Source: an uncultured bacterium (GTDB lineage: Bacteria > Krumholzibacteriota > Krumholzibacteriia > LZORAL124-64-63). From it: a DNA stretch of 64,000 bases. The notes under the pieces are model-generated. The model made no database searches, was not told the origin of the DNA, and was given only the letters and a program-made list of their open reading frames with translations. Below are positions 40,463 to 49,988 of this stretch, piece after piece. Numbering within the stretch: position 1 is the first letter of the stretch; the number at the start of each line of letters is the position of its first letter. The stretch is taken from positions 32,001-96,000 of the forward strand of contig CAVSGO010000008.1 in assembly GCA_963727525.1 (NCBI GenBank), read 5' to 3'. The translations under genes were made by a program, and so were the position numbers.

Positions 40463-41725
40463 ATGCCCGCACGTTTCGCGATCGAGATCCAAAGCGAGGT
40501 GGGGCGCCTGGAGGGCGTCATCCTGCACGAGCCCGGCCCGGAGGTGGCGCTCATGACGCCCGCCACGGCCGAGAAGGCGCTCTACAGCGATATCCTCAAC
40601 CTCGGGGTGGCCCGGCACGAGTACCGGCAGCTCCAGGGCGTGCTCGCCCGCTGGACCACCACGTTCCAGGTACGCGAGCTGCTGGCCGAGACGCTGACCA
40701 GTGAAATCGCGCGGCGCGAGCTCATCGCCGCCATCTGCACGCGCGAGGCCGTACCACAACTGGAGTCGCAACTGATCGGCCTCGCGCCGGCCGATCTCGC
40801 GAGCCGCCTCATCGAGGGCGTGCCGCTGATCAAGGACAATCTCACGCGCTTCCTCAGCGCCGATCGCTTCGCCCTGCCGCCCCTGCACAATTTCTTCTTC
40901 ACCCGCGATGCCGCCGCTGTCGTGGGCCAGCGCGTGGTGATCGGCAAGATGGCCAACGTCGTGCGCTGCCGCGAGGCGCTGATCATGGAGACGATCTTCA
41001 AGCACCATCCGCGCCTGCATGCGCCCACGTTGAGCGTGGAACGCGAGTCGCCCGCGCGTGCCGAGGTGACGCTGGAGGGCGGCGACGTGCTCGTGGTGAG
41101 CGACGACATCCTCGTGATCGGTATCGGCGCGCGCACGAGTAGCCAGGCGGTCGATGCGATGCTCACGCGCCTGAGCGAGGGGCCGGGCCCGCGCCGCATC
41201 CTCGTGCAGGAGCTGCCGCGCTCGCCGGAGTCGTTCATCCACCTGGACATGGTGTTCACGCTGCTCGACGGCGACGCCTGCATGGTCTACGCGCCGCTGA
41301 TCCTGGAGCACAACCACCACGAGACCGTGGTCATCGAGCTGGGCGACGGACGGGTGGGGCGCATCCACACGGTCGACAACCTGCTCGCCGGATTGCGGGA
41401 GCTGGGTGTGGACCTGGAACCCATCGTCTGCGGCGGAACCGACGACCGCTGGCGTCAGGAACGCGAGCAGTGGCACAGCGGCACCAATTTCTTCACCCTG
41501 GCGCCGGGCAAGGTGATGGGCTACGCGCGCAACGAGTACACGCTCGCGGAGCTGGATCGCCACGGCTTCCGGGTGGTGCCGGCGGCCGATGTGATCGACG
41601 GCCGCGATGATCTCGAGGGGCCGGGACGCTGCGTCGTGACGATCGGCGGTTCCGAGCTTGCGCGCGGCGGCGGCGGTTGCCGCTGCATGACACTCCCGAT
41701 CCGGCGCGCGTCGGTCCCGCGGTGA
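40463..41725 (+). CDS. arcA: Arginine deiminase
   Basis: SEVGRL..V.LHEPG, FFTRD, LEGGD, HLDMVF, ELARGGGGCRCMT. Confidence 0.9.
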   Translation: MPARFAIEIQSEVGRLEGVILHEPGPEVALMTPATAEKALYSDILNLGVARHEYRQLQGVLARWTTTFQVRELLAETLTSEIARRELIAAICTREAVPQLESQLIGLAPADLASRLIEGVPLIKDNLTRFLSADRFALPPLHNFFFTRDAAAVVGQRVVIGKMANVVRCREALIMETIFKHHPRLHAPTLSVERESPARAEVTLEGGDVLVVSDDILVIGIGARTSSQAVDAMLTRLSEGPGPRRILVQELPRSPESFIHLDMVFTLLDGDACMVYAPLILEHNHHETVVIELGDGRVGRIHTVDNLLAGLRELGVDLEPIVCGGTDDRWRQEREQWHSGTNFFTLAPGKVMGYARNEYTLAELDRHGFRVVPAADVIDGRDDLEGPGRCVVTIGGSELARGGGGCRCMTLPIRRASVPR

Positions 41726-41732
41726 ATCGGCC

Positions 41733-43031
41733 ATGGTGATCCGCCGGCTCGAGCCGGTGGCGCGGGCCCTGCGGCACCGCAATTTCCGGCTGTTCTTTGC
41801 GGGTCAGAGCCTCTCCCTCGTCGGCACCTGGATGCAGCGCATCGCCCTGGGCTGGCTCGTCTACCGGCTCACCGACTCGGCGTTCCTGCTCGGCGTCGTG
41901 GGCTTCGCGGGCCAGATCCCGTCGTTCCTCGTGGCGCCTCTGGCGGGGGTGCTGGCCGACCGCGTGAACCGGCATCGCCTGCTCGTGGCCACTCAGGTGC
42001 TTTCGATGCTGCAGGCGCTCGTGCTGGCCGCGCTCGTGCTGAGCGGGGTGATCCACATCGTCCACGTGATCGTGCTCGCCGTGGTTCTGGGCGTGATCAA
42101 CGGCTTCGACATGCCGATCCGCCAGTCGTTCATGATCGAGATGATCGAGGACAAGGCCGACCTGGGCAATGCCATCGCCTTGAACTCGACCATGGTCAAC
42201 GGTGCGCGTCTGCTGGGGCCCACCATCGCCGGTCTGCTCATCGCGGCGGCTGGCGAGGGTGTGTGCTTTCTCGTGAACGGACTGAGCTACCTGGCCGTGA
42301 TCGTCTCGCTTCTGGCCATGCGCCTGCCGCCGCGCGCGATCGCGGTTCTCTCGTCGCGGGTCTGGCAAGGTCTGGCCGAGGGCGTCCGCTACGCGGCGGG
42401 TTTTGCGCCGATCTGGGCCCTCCTCGTCCTTCTGGCGCTCTTCAGCCTGGCCGGATTGCCCTATGCCATCCTCATGCCGGTCTTCGCGCGCGACATTCTG
42501 GGCGGCGGGCCGGATGCGCTGGGCTTCCTGATGGGAGCCGCCGGCGTGGGCGCGCTGATCGGTGCCCTGAACCTGGCGTCGCGCCAATCGGTCATGGGTC
42601 TGGGGCGCATGCTCGCGCTGGCGAGCGCGGTGTTCGCCGGCAGTCTGCTGGGGTTCGCGTGGTCGCGCTCGCTGCCACTGTCGCTGGCGCTCATGGTCGG
42701 CGTGGGCTTCGGGCAGATGGTGCTCTTCGCGGCCAGCAACACCCTGCTGCAGACCCTCGTCGACGACGACAAGCGCGGCCGCATCATGAGCTTCTACACG
42801 ATGGCGTTCATGGGCTTCGGCCCGCTGGGCAACCTCGCGGCCGGCGCCATCGCCCACCGCTGGAGCGCACCGTGGGCCCTCACCGCAGGGGCCACGGTGT
42901 ACGCTCTGGGTGCCGCGACGTTCGTGCACCGCCTGCCCTCGCTGCGTGCCGAGGCGCGGCCGGTGCTGGTGGAGCGGGAACTCGTGATCGCGGACCGGCC
43001 GGATTCCAGCCGGTCCGCCACGGATCAGTGA
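41733..43031 (+). CDS. MFS transporter
   Basis: RNFRLFF.GQ.LSL.GTWMQ, GVLADR, ARLLGP; ~12 TM. Confidence 0.92.
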   Translation: MVIRRLEPVARALRHRNFRLFFAGQSLSLVGTWMQRIALGWLVYRLTDSAFLLGVVGFAGQIPSFLVAPLAGVLADRVNRHRLLVATQVLSMLQALVLAALVLSGVIHIVHVIVLAVVLGVINGFDMPIRQSFMIEMIEDKADLGNAIALNSTMVNGARLLGPTIAGLLIAAAGEGVCFLVNGLSYLAVIVSLLAMRLPPRAIAVLSSRVWQGLAEGVRYAAGFAPIWALLVLLALFSLAGLPYAILMPVFARDILGGGPDALGFLMGAAGVGALIGALNLASRQSVMGLGRMLALASAVFAGSLLGFAWSRSLPLSLALMVGVGFGQMVLFAASNTLLQTLVDDDKRGRIMSFYTMAFMGFGPLGNLAAGAIAHRWSAPWALTAGATVYALGAATFVHRLPSLRAEARPVLVERELVIADRPDSSRSATDQ

Positions 43032-43465
43032 GGCGTCGCGACCAGTGAGCGCAGGTAGGCCACGACGGAGCGGGCGTCGTCCTCGTTCATGTGGAAACGC
43101 GGCATGGGCGGAGCCGGCGGGCTGCCATCGGGCATGGTCGCCTTGGTGAGCAGGGCCACGGCCTCGTCGTCATCCCAGCCAGGCAATCCCGCGATGGCCG
43201 GCGCCACCTCCGACCAGCCGGGAATGGGTACGGTGGGCTTGAAGACCAGCTCGGAGCCCATGAGCCAGCGCGACATGTCGGGCCGACCGTCGGGCGTCAT
43301 GGGCGTGTGGCAATCGGCGCAGTTGGCCACGTTCTCGACGATGTACTTGCCGCGCGCCACGAGTGCGGTCTGGTTGGGCGTGGATCCGGCCCGGGCGCCC
43401 ATGGCGATGCTGGCCACGATGGTAAGAACGCCGACCCCGAGGATCGATGTAAACTGTCGCTTCAT
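43025..43465 (-). CDS. Monoheme cytochrome c
   Basis: Signal peptide; RGKYIV..CADCHTP; PPMP; distal Met. Confidence 0.88.
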   Translation of the reverse strand: MKRQFTSILGVGVLTIVASIAMGARAGSTPNQTALVARGKYIVENVANCADCHTPMTPDGRPDMSRWLMGSELVFKPTVPIPGWSEVAPAIAGLPGWDDDEAVALLTKATMPDGSPPAPPMPRFHMNEDDARSVVAYLRSLVATPH

Positions 43466-43675
43466 GGCATGTCCTTCGCGGAAATCCGGCGGCGCGCCCA
43501 TGTGCGGCCCGTGGCCACCCGTGATCGCGGAATGAGGATCCGCCACAGCCACCGGCCGCGCGGCACTCCGAGGCGCCGGGACCGGTAGGGATAGTCGCGG
43601 TTGGCCGTTTATGCAAGACGTTGATTGTCTAGATGAGATCTCTCGTCACCGTTTCGCCCCGAGGAGGTCCCAGCC

Positions 43676-44071
43676 ATGGTTCGCCGCACACGTCGCACTC
43701 CCTGGCGCGGGCGCATCGTCTACGGCCTCGTGGCCGGGGCCACGCTCGTCGTCCTGGACAACATCGCGTTCGGCGGTGAGATCAGCCCCGTGGTGATCCT
43801 GACGGTACTGATCGCGGCGACCATCATCCCCGGATTGCGGTGGGGCGGTGGCGGTTGGCTCACGTCGCTGCTCGCCTGGGTCGGCCTGCCGCTGGCGCAC
43901 GTGATCAAGCATGCGCTCGGCCTGCCGGATACGCTGCACCCGGATACGTACCTGTCGATCGGGTATCTTGCGGGGTTCACGCTCGCCGTCACGATCGCGG
44001 CGACTTTCGCCGGCGCCATCGTGCACCGGATTCGCCATGGCGGATCATCCAGCCGACGGTTGCGCGGCTAG
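43676..44071 (+). CDS. Hypothetical 4-TM membrane protein
   Basis: GAGGAGG RBS; hydrophobic segments. Confidence 0.6.
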   Translation: MVRRTRRTPWRGRIVYGLVAGATLVVLDNIAFGGEISPVVILTVLIAATIIPGLRWGGGGWLTSLLAWVGLPLAHVIKHALGLPDTLHPDTYLSIGYLAGFTLAVTIAATFAGAIVHRIRHGGSSSRRLRG

Positions 44072-45628
44072 GGCGGGCGGGTCGTCGGGGGCGGCGAGCA
44101 GTCGGGCCCACAGGACGCGCGCCTCGTCGTCGACGAATGCGCCGAAGGCGCCAGCGAACGCCGCGCGCACCTCGCGTTGCCGGTCGGCGAGGGCGGTGGC
44201 GAGGCCGCCGAGCGCGGCGGCTTCCTGCAAGGCGAGTTGCGACGAGAGGGTCAAGCGCGCGAGGTCCTCGCGTAACGTCGCCTGCTGCACCACGAGGTCG
44301 TGGTCCTCGCCGAGGTTGTCCTGCATCGCCTTCAGCCGCGCCACGAGCGGGTCCACCGCATCGTCCGGCAAGAGCGAGCTGAAGAACTCGAGCAAGTAAC
44401 GCAGCTTCTTGCACTCGATGCGCAGGCGGTGTCGGGCGGCGTCGGACGTGGTGGCGTCCACGGCCGAGCCCTGGCGTCGCACGCAGTCGTAGCGATGCGC
44501 GATGCGCTCGCGGGCCATCTCGGCGATCGGGCGTGACGCGTGGTGCGTGGGCGGCAGATCGTGCCCCGCGGGCGGATGGAGCACGGTCGCCCAGCGCTGC
44601 AGCAGTCGTCGGTACTCGAGGCTGCGCAGCACGTTGACGAGCAACGCCAGCTCGTCTTGCCGTTGCTCCCGCAAGCGGGCGTACACGGGGTCGAGGCCGG
44701 CGCGCAACGCCTCGGGCAGCCGCGACCGCGTGCGGTCCTCGTCGAGCAGGTGCACGTCGAGGTCGCGCAGCGGCCCAGTGGCGCGGCCGAGTGCGCGGAA
44801 CTCGCGCTTGAACTCCCGCACCACGGGGGCGGGGAATACGTCGGCGAGCTGGCTGAGAAGGGCACGCGTGCGGCGAATGGCGACGCGATAGTCGTGCAGG
44901 AACTCTGTGTCGATGTCCGCCTTCACGCCGCCCTCGTTCTGGCGCATCGTCGTCAACAGGGTCCTCAGGATCGTGCGTACGGCGTCGCGCGCGGACTGTC
45001 CCGGATCGAGCTTGACCGTGATCCGCGAGCCCGTGGCGCCCGGCTTCAGTCCGGCGGCGGCGAGGGCCCAGTCGAGCGGGTCCACGGTCGTTGGTATCAG
45101 TCCGAACGCCCCGAGGGCGGAGGCGATCCGACGTCGCACCGCCGCGTGCCCACGCACGGGCACCAGCGCGAGCTGGCGGCGCACCGTGCCGGTCCGCCGG
45201 CGGTTCTCGAGTTGCCAGGTCGCGTCGTGGATGTGGAGAACCGGCCGGCCCTTGCGATCGAAGAGCGTGTACCGGCGCGTCTGTACGCGCGCGCCGACGA
45301 GGGGGATCAGGGCCCGCAGTTTGAGCTTCTGCGCCAGGATCTTGCGCACACGCCCGGCGCGCAGGTCGGCAGGGACTCGCGGCGGCTGCATCTGGGTCCA
45401 GCGCACGCGGGCGCGCGTGCGGTCGCGTGCCAGGTCCACCAGCCGGCAACGACGTCCGTCGAGTTCGCACACCAGGCCCGCGGCATGCAGGCGCCAGTCG
45501 AAGCTGTCCAGGTAGACGCGTCGCTCCTCGTCGCGATCGCTCGAAACGAGGGCGAAAGCGCGGTCGATGGCGGCGTGCCAACCGGTGGCGTCGGCATCGG
45601 GTGGGAAGAGGAAGATGTCGGTTGTCAT
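44045..45628 (-). CDS. CHAD-domain protein (N-terminal CYTH-like region)
   Basis: YLDSFDWRL; EFLHDYRVAIRRTR, RDLDV, HRLRIECKKLRY, QDNLG..HD. Confidence 0.9.
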   Translation of the reverse strand: MTTDIFLFPPDADATGWHAAIDRAFALVSSDRDEERRVYLDSFDWRLHAAGLVCELDGRRCRLVDLARDRTRARVRWTQMQPPRVPADLRAGRVRKILAQKLKLRALIPLVGARVQTRRYTLFDRKGRPVLHIHDATWQLENRRRTGTVRRQLALVPVRGHAAVRRRIASALGAFGLIPTTVDPLDWALAAAGLKPGATGSRITVKLDPGQSARDAVRTILRTLLTTMRQNEGGVKADIDTEFLHDYRVAIRRTRALLSQLADVFPAPVVREFKREFRALGRATGPLRDLDVHLLDEDRTRSRLPEALRAGLDPVYARLREQRQDELALLVNVLRSLEYRRLLQRWATVLHPPAGHDLPPTHHASRPIAEMARERIAHRYDCVRRQGSAVDATTSDAARHRLRIECKKLRYLLEFFSSLLPDDAVDPLVARLKAMQDNLGEDHDLVVQQATLREDLARLTLSSQLALQEAAALGGLATALADRQREVRAAFAGAFGAFVDDEARVLWARLLAAPDDPPALAAQPSAG

Positions 45629-45779
45629 GGCACTCGGTCGATCACTCGGTGGCTCGGTTTCTCTGAACATGATCATAACACGAGGTCGGGATCTCGAGTG
45701 TTAATAACGACGTGCAAAGGCCGGGATAGGCTGCTATCTTGCCACCGTCGCGAGTTTTCTCCCTGTCTGGAGCGAGACC

Positions 45780-47000
45780 ATGCCCCTGCTGCCTTCGCGC
45801 ACCCGATGCATCGGCATCCTCACGGCCGGCGGCGACTGTCCGGGACTGAATGCGGCCATCCGGGGCATCACGAAGACGGCCATTCATGACTACGGTATCA
45901 AGGTGGTGGGGATCCGCGACGGCTTCCGCGGCCTGGTGGAGAACCGCACCGTCCGCCTCGACAACGCCATCACCAGCAACGTGCTCACCCTCGGCGGCAC
46001 CATTCTCGGCACCTCGCGCGACCGGCCCAAGAAGATGGTCATGGGCGGCAAGATGCTCGACATGACGATGGCGGCGGCCGAGAACGCGCGCGGCAACGGG
46101 TTCGATTGCGTCGTCTGCCTGGGCGGCGGGGGTACCCAGAAGAACGCCTACCACCTGCATCGCGTGGGCGGCATCGACGTGCTCACCCTGCCCAAGACCA
46201 TCGACAACGATGTGGCCGAGACCGACGTCAGCTTCGGCTTCGACACCGCCCTGCAGATCTGCACCGAGGCGATCGACCGCCTGCACACCACGGCCACCAG
46301 CCACGACCGCATCATCGTGGTCGAGGTCATGGGCCACAATGCGGGCTGGCTCGCCCTGGGCGCCGGCGTCGCGGGCGGCGCCGACGTCATCCTCATTCCC
46401 GAGCTGCCGTACGACGTGCGCTTCGTCTCCGAGTACCTGCTCGAGCGCCAGCGTGTGTATGGTAAGAAGTTCTCGATCATCGTCGTGGCCGAAGGTGCGA
46501 TCACGCGTACCGAGGCCGAGCTGAAGCGGCAGGAAGCACAGCGCAAGTCCAAGAAGAAGGCCGCCAAGCGCGACGACGATGCCGACGAAGACGATGCCGA
46601 CGACAACGGCGATCCCGACGCGGTGGAAGCGAGTGACGAGCCCGACTACCGCCTCGTGCGCGAGAGCCTGGCCAGCCGGTTGGCGCGCAACCTGCAGAAC
46701 CTCGCACGCACCGAGGCGCGCGTCACCAGCCTCGGACACGTGCAGCGCGGCGGCGTGCCCTCGGCCGCCGATCGTCTGCTCACCACCCGCCTCGCCGCGA
46801 AGGCTACCGAGCTGATCGCCGCGGGCACCATGAACGTCATGGTGGCGGTCAGGGGGGAGGCGTGCGTGCCGGTGCCTCTGGAGCAGGTGGCCGGCCGGCG
46901 CAAGCTCGTACCCCTCGATCATCACTGGATCCAGACCGCTCGCAGCCTCGGCACCTGTCTCGGCGTTCCTGACGCCGAGCTGCCGCACCACACCGACTGA
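45780..47000 (+). CDS. pfkA: 6-phosphofructokinase (group III-like)
   Basis: [39 protein letters not shown]. Confidence 0.93.
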   Translation: MPLLPSRTRCIGILTAGGDCPGLNAAIRGITKTAIHDYGIKVVGIRDGFRGLVENRTVRLDNAITSNVLTLGGTILGTSRDRPKKMVMGGKMLDMTMAAAENARGNGFDCVVCLGGGGTQKNAYHLHRVGGIDVLTLPKTIDNDVAETDVSFGFDTALQICTEAIDRLHTTATSHDRIIVVEVMGHNAGWLALGAGVAGGADVILIPELPYDVRFVSEYLLERQRVYGKKFSIIVVAEGAITRTEAELKRQEAQRKSKKKAAKRDDDADEDDADDNGDPDAVEASDEPDYRLVRESLASRLARNLQNLARTEARVTSLGHVQRGGVPSAADRLLTTRLAAKATELIAAGTMNVMVAVRGEACVPVPLEQVAGRRKLVPLDHHWIQTARSLGTCLGVPDAELPHHTD

Positions 47001-47016
47001 ATCGGGGATGCAACTC

Positions 47017-47850
47017 ATGGCCAAACGCAAGAAGCGCACCGGCAAGCAAGCCAACACCCTGCCGCGGAAGTTCGCCGACCGTCACCTGCTCTACCAGTGG
47101 TCCGTGCAGGCCCCGGAATACGAGGTTGCCTTCATCGACCGTGTCTTCACCGAGAAGCACGGCCGCGCGCCGCTGAGCATGCGCGAGGACTTCTGCGGGA
47201 CGGCGTACCTGTCGTCCGCATGGGTGGCGAGCCACCCCGAGCGCACAGCGCTGGGGCTCGACCTCGATGAGGAGACTCTCGACTGGGGGCGTCAGCACAA
47301 CGTGGCCGCGCTGGGCGGCGATGCCGGGCGCGTGACATTGCGTCTCGAAGACGTGCGCACCGTCACCAAGCCAGGCCTCGACGTGGTCTGCGCGTTCAAT
47401 TTCAGCTATTTCCTGCTCCACCCGGTGGACGAACTCGTGGGCTACTTCCGGAAGGTGCGCGAGAGCCTGGCCCCCGGCGGCATGCTCTTCCTCGACTGCT
47501 ACGGCGGCTGGGAGGCGCAGCAGGTCGTGATGGAGCCGCGCCTCGTCGAGGCGGACGAGGGCACGTTCACCTACACCTGGCATCAGGCCGAGTACAACCC
47601 CATCGACAACGTCACGCGCTGCCACATCCACTTCGAGGTGGCCGGCGGCCACAAGATCAAGAAGGCGTTCACGTACATCTGGCGCCTCTACACGCCGGCC
47701 GAGATCACCGATGCCCTGCGGGCCGCGGGATTCGCCAAGACCACGGTATACTGGGATATTTCCGAGGACGAGGACGAGGATATCTACGAGATCCGCCAGA
47801 TGGCGGAGAACCAGCCGGGCTGGCTCGCTTACGTCGTGGGCGAGGTGTGA
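47017..47850 (+). CDS. SAM-dependent methyltransferase
   Basis: LYQWSVQ, MREDFCGTA, AFNFSY, WRLYT..E. Confidence 0.8.
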   Translation: MAKRKKRTGKQANTLPRKFADRHLLYQWSVQAPEYEVAFIDRVFTEKHGRAPLSMREDFCGTAYLSSAWVASHPERTALGLDLDEETLDWGRQHNVAALGGDAGRVTLRLEDVRTVTKPGLDVVCAFNFSYFLLHPVDELVGYFRKVRESLAPGGMLFLDCYGGWEAQQVVMEPRLVEADEGTFTYTWHQAEYNPIDNVTRCHIHFEVAGGHKIKKAFTYIWRLYTPAEITDALRAAGFAKTTVYWDISEDEDEDIYEIRQMAENQPGWLAYVVGEV

Positions 47851-47870
47851 CCGGCGGCGAGGGGCGTCGC

Positions 47871-48704
47871 ATGAGCAAGCACGACTGGGACGAGATCGAG
47901 CACTACCGCGTGCATCATGGCAGCGACTTCTCCCTCGCCGATGTCGATCCGGACGATCGCCGCTGTTTTCCCGACGGCGACAAGGACGCCGGTCGCAAGC
48001 AGCTCACCAAGGACGCCGAGGAACAGGAGGCGCGCCAGCGTCTGCTCTGGGCCGATGGGCGCCATGGCGTGCTCCTCGTGCTACAGGGCATGGACACGGC
48101 GGGCAAGGACGGCACCATCCGCCATGTGGCCGGCCCACTCAATCCGCAGGGCGTGGCCGTGGCCAACTTCAAGCGTCCCACGCCCGAGGAGGCGTCGCAC
48201 GACTATCTGTGGCGCGTGCACGCCCATGTCCCCGCGCGCGGCATGATCGGCATCTTCAACCGCTCGCACTACGAGGACCTCGTGGTGCCGCGTGTCCTCG
48301 CCCACCTGTCCGACGACGCGTTCACGGAACGCTGCGACCACGTCACCGCGTTCGAACGCTACCTCACGTCGAACGGCATCGCCATCGTCAAGGTATTCCT
48401 GCACATCTCGAAAGACGAGCAGAAGGACCGGCTCCAGTCGCGCCTCGACAACCCCGAGAAGAACTGGAAATTCGAGCCGGGCGACCTCGACACTCGCAAG
48501 CTCTGGGACGATTACCAGCGCGTCTACTCCGAGGTGATCGCCCGCACCAGCCACGCCTGGGCGCCCTGGTACGTGGTGCCCGCCAACCACAAGTGGTATC
48601 GCGACCTCGTGGTGGGCCAGCTGCTGCACCGTACCCTCGGTGGCCTCGATCTCGCGTATCCGCCGCCCCATCCCGATCTCGAGTCGTTCGTGATCGAGGA
48701 CTGA
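47871..48704 (+). CDS. ppk2: Polyphosphate kinase 2 family
   Basis: QGMDTAGKDG, FNRSHYED, FLHISKDEQ, KNWKF, PWYVVPA. Confidence 0.92.
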   Translation: MSKHDWDEIEHYRVHHGSDFSLADVDPDDRRCFPDGDKDAGRKQLTKDAEEQEARQRLLWADGRHGVLLVLQGMDTAGKDGTIRHVAGPLNPQGVAVANFKRPTPEEASHDYLWRVHAHVPARGMIGIFNRSHYEDLVVPRVLAHLSDDAFTERCDHVTAFERYLTSNGIAIVKVFLHISKDEQKDRLQSRLDNPEKNWKFEPGDLDTRKLWDDYQRVYSEVIARTSHAWAPWYVVPANHKWYRDLVVGQLLHRTLGGLDLAYPPPHPDLESFVIED

Positions 48705-48706
48705 GG

Positions 48707-49453
48707 GTGCGCGTCGCTTTCCTCACCGACGTGCACGGCAACCTGGCGGCCTTGCAGGCCGTCCTCGCGCACGCGCGCGCCCAGGGTGCCCAGGCGTTCT
48801 GGAATGGCGGCGACATGGTGGGTTACGGCCCGGAACCCGAGTCCTGCGTGTGCCTGCTGCGCTCCGTCGAGTCGGCAGCCGTGGTGGGCAACTACGACCG
48901 CAAGGTGCTGAGCGTGCCGCAGAAGCGCGAGGCATGGTCTCGCAAGAAGCATCCGCTCAAGCTGAAGGCATTCCTCTGGGCCTACGACCAGCTCACGGAT
49001 GCCAGCCGCACCTACCTCGACACCTTGCCCGAACGCTGGCGCGCCGACGTCGCCGGCGTGCGCGTGCAGATCAACCACGCCTCGCCGGTCTCGATCCAGG
49101 AACATCTGGGACCGCACACCGCCCACGCGCGATGGCACGAGCTGGCCTCCCTGGCCGACGCCGACCTCGTGCTCTGCGGCCATACCCACATTGCCCACGA
49201 GCACCAGGTGAACGGAGTCCACTTCGTGAATCCGGGCGCCGTGGGGCGCCCCGAGGGTGGCGATCCTCGCAGCGGCTACGCCCTCCTCGACCTCGCCGAC
49301 GGCACCGCCGCCGTCACCCTCCACCGTGTTCCCTACGACACCGAGGCCACCGCCGCCGCCTGCCGCGCCGCAGACCTGCCCGAGGCATTCGCGCAGATGT
49401 TCCTGCAGGGACGGCCGCTGGGCGAGATACTCGGCGGCGTCGGGTCGGATTGA
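48707..49453 (+). CDS. Calcineurin-like metallophosphoesterase
   Basis: DVHGN, GDMVGYG, GNYD, GHTH, NPGAVG. Confidence 0.9.
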   Translation: MRVAFLTDVHGNLAALQAVLAHARAQGAQAFWNGGDMVGYGPEPESCVCLLRSVESAAVVGNYDRKVLSVPQKREAWSRKKHPLKLKAFLWAYDQLTDASRTYLDTLPERWRADVAGVRVQINHASPVSIQEHLGPHTAHARWHELASLADADLVLCGHTHIAHEHQVNGVHFVNPGAVGRPEGGDPRSGYALLDLADGTAAVTLHRVPYDTEATAAACRAADLPEAFAQMFLQGRPLGEILGGVGSD

Positions 49454-49496
49454 ACCGCCGTCATCACGCCGCGAACGCGGGTGCCGTCGATGGAGC

Positions 49497-49988
49497 TCAG
49501 GCGACCAGCACCCGGGGTGGCAGCAGCCACATCAGGCAGCCGTCCAGGGCGGGGCCCGGCATGACGTCGACGCGGGCCAGGGAGCCCTTCTTGCAGACCA
49601 CGTGGCTGCCGCCGGTGATCGCACCGATCACGAGGCTGAAGGTGGGTTCGTGGCCGACGAGCAGAACCCGGGTCATCGTGGCAGCAAGGTCGTCGAGGAT
49701 GTTCGCGAGCTCGACCACGTCGAAGCGGCCGTCCAGGCGGATGTCCTCCCGTAGAACGTCGCCGGCGCCGAGCTGTTCGGCCACGATCTCCGCCGTCTGT
49801 CGCGCGCGTACCAGCGGGCTGGTGAGGATGACGTCGAAGTCCAGTCCGAGGCGTTCCATGCAGGCGGCCTCGCGCGCCATGCGTCGCTTCCCCTCCTCGG
49901 TGAGCGGGCGCTCGTGGTCCGAGCCTGACCAGGACGGCCAGTCGGCGAGGCCGTGGCGCAGGAAGTAGAGCTGGCGGTCGGGCCTCAT
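49497..49988 (-). CDS. sixA: Phosphohistidine phosphatase SixA
   Basis: LRHG, RPLT..G, SPLVRARQTA, VGHEP. Confidence 0.88.
   Translation of the reverse strand: MRPDRQLYFLRHGLADWPSWSGSDHERPLTEEGKRRMAREAACMERLGLDFDVILTSPLVRARQTAEIVAEQLGAGDVLREDIRLDGRFDVVELANILDDLAATMTRVLLVGHEPTFSLVIGAITGGSHVVCKKGSLARVDVMPGPALDGCLMWLLPPRVLVA

Noticed and set aside
38501-41782. 1093-aa minus-strand ORF as one giant protein
   Set aside because: The upstream half is the antisense shadow of arcA; the real gene starts at the signal peptide (40279)
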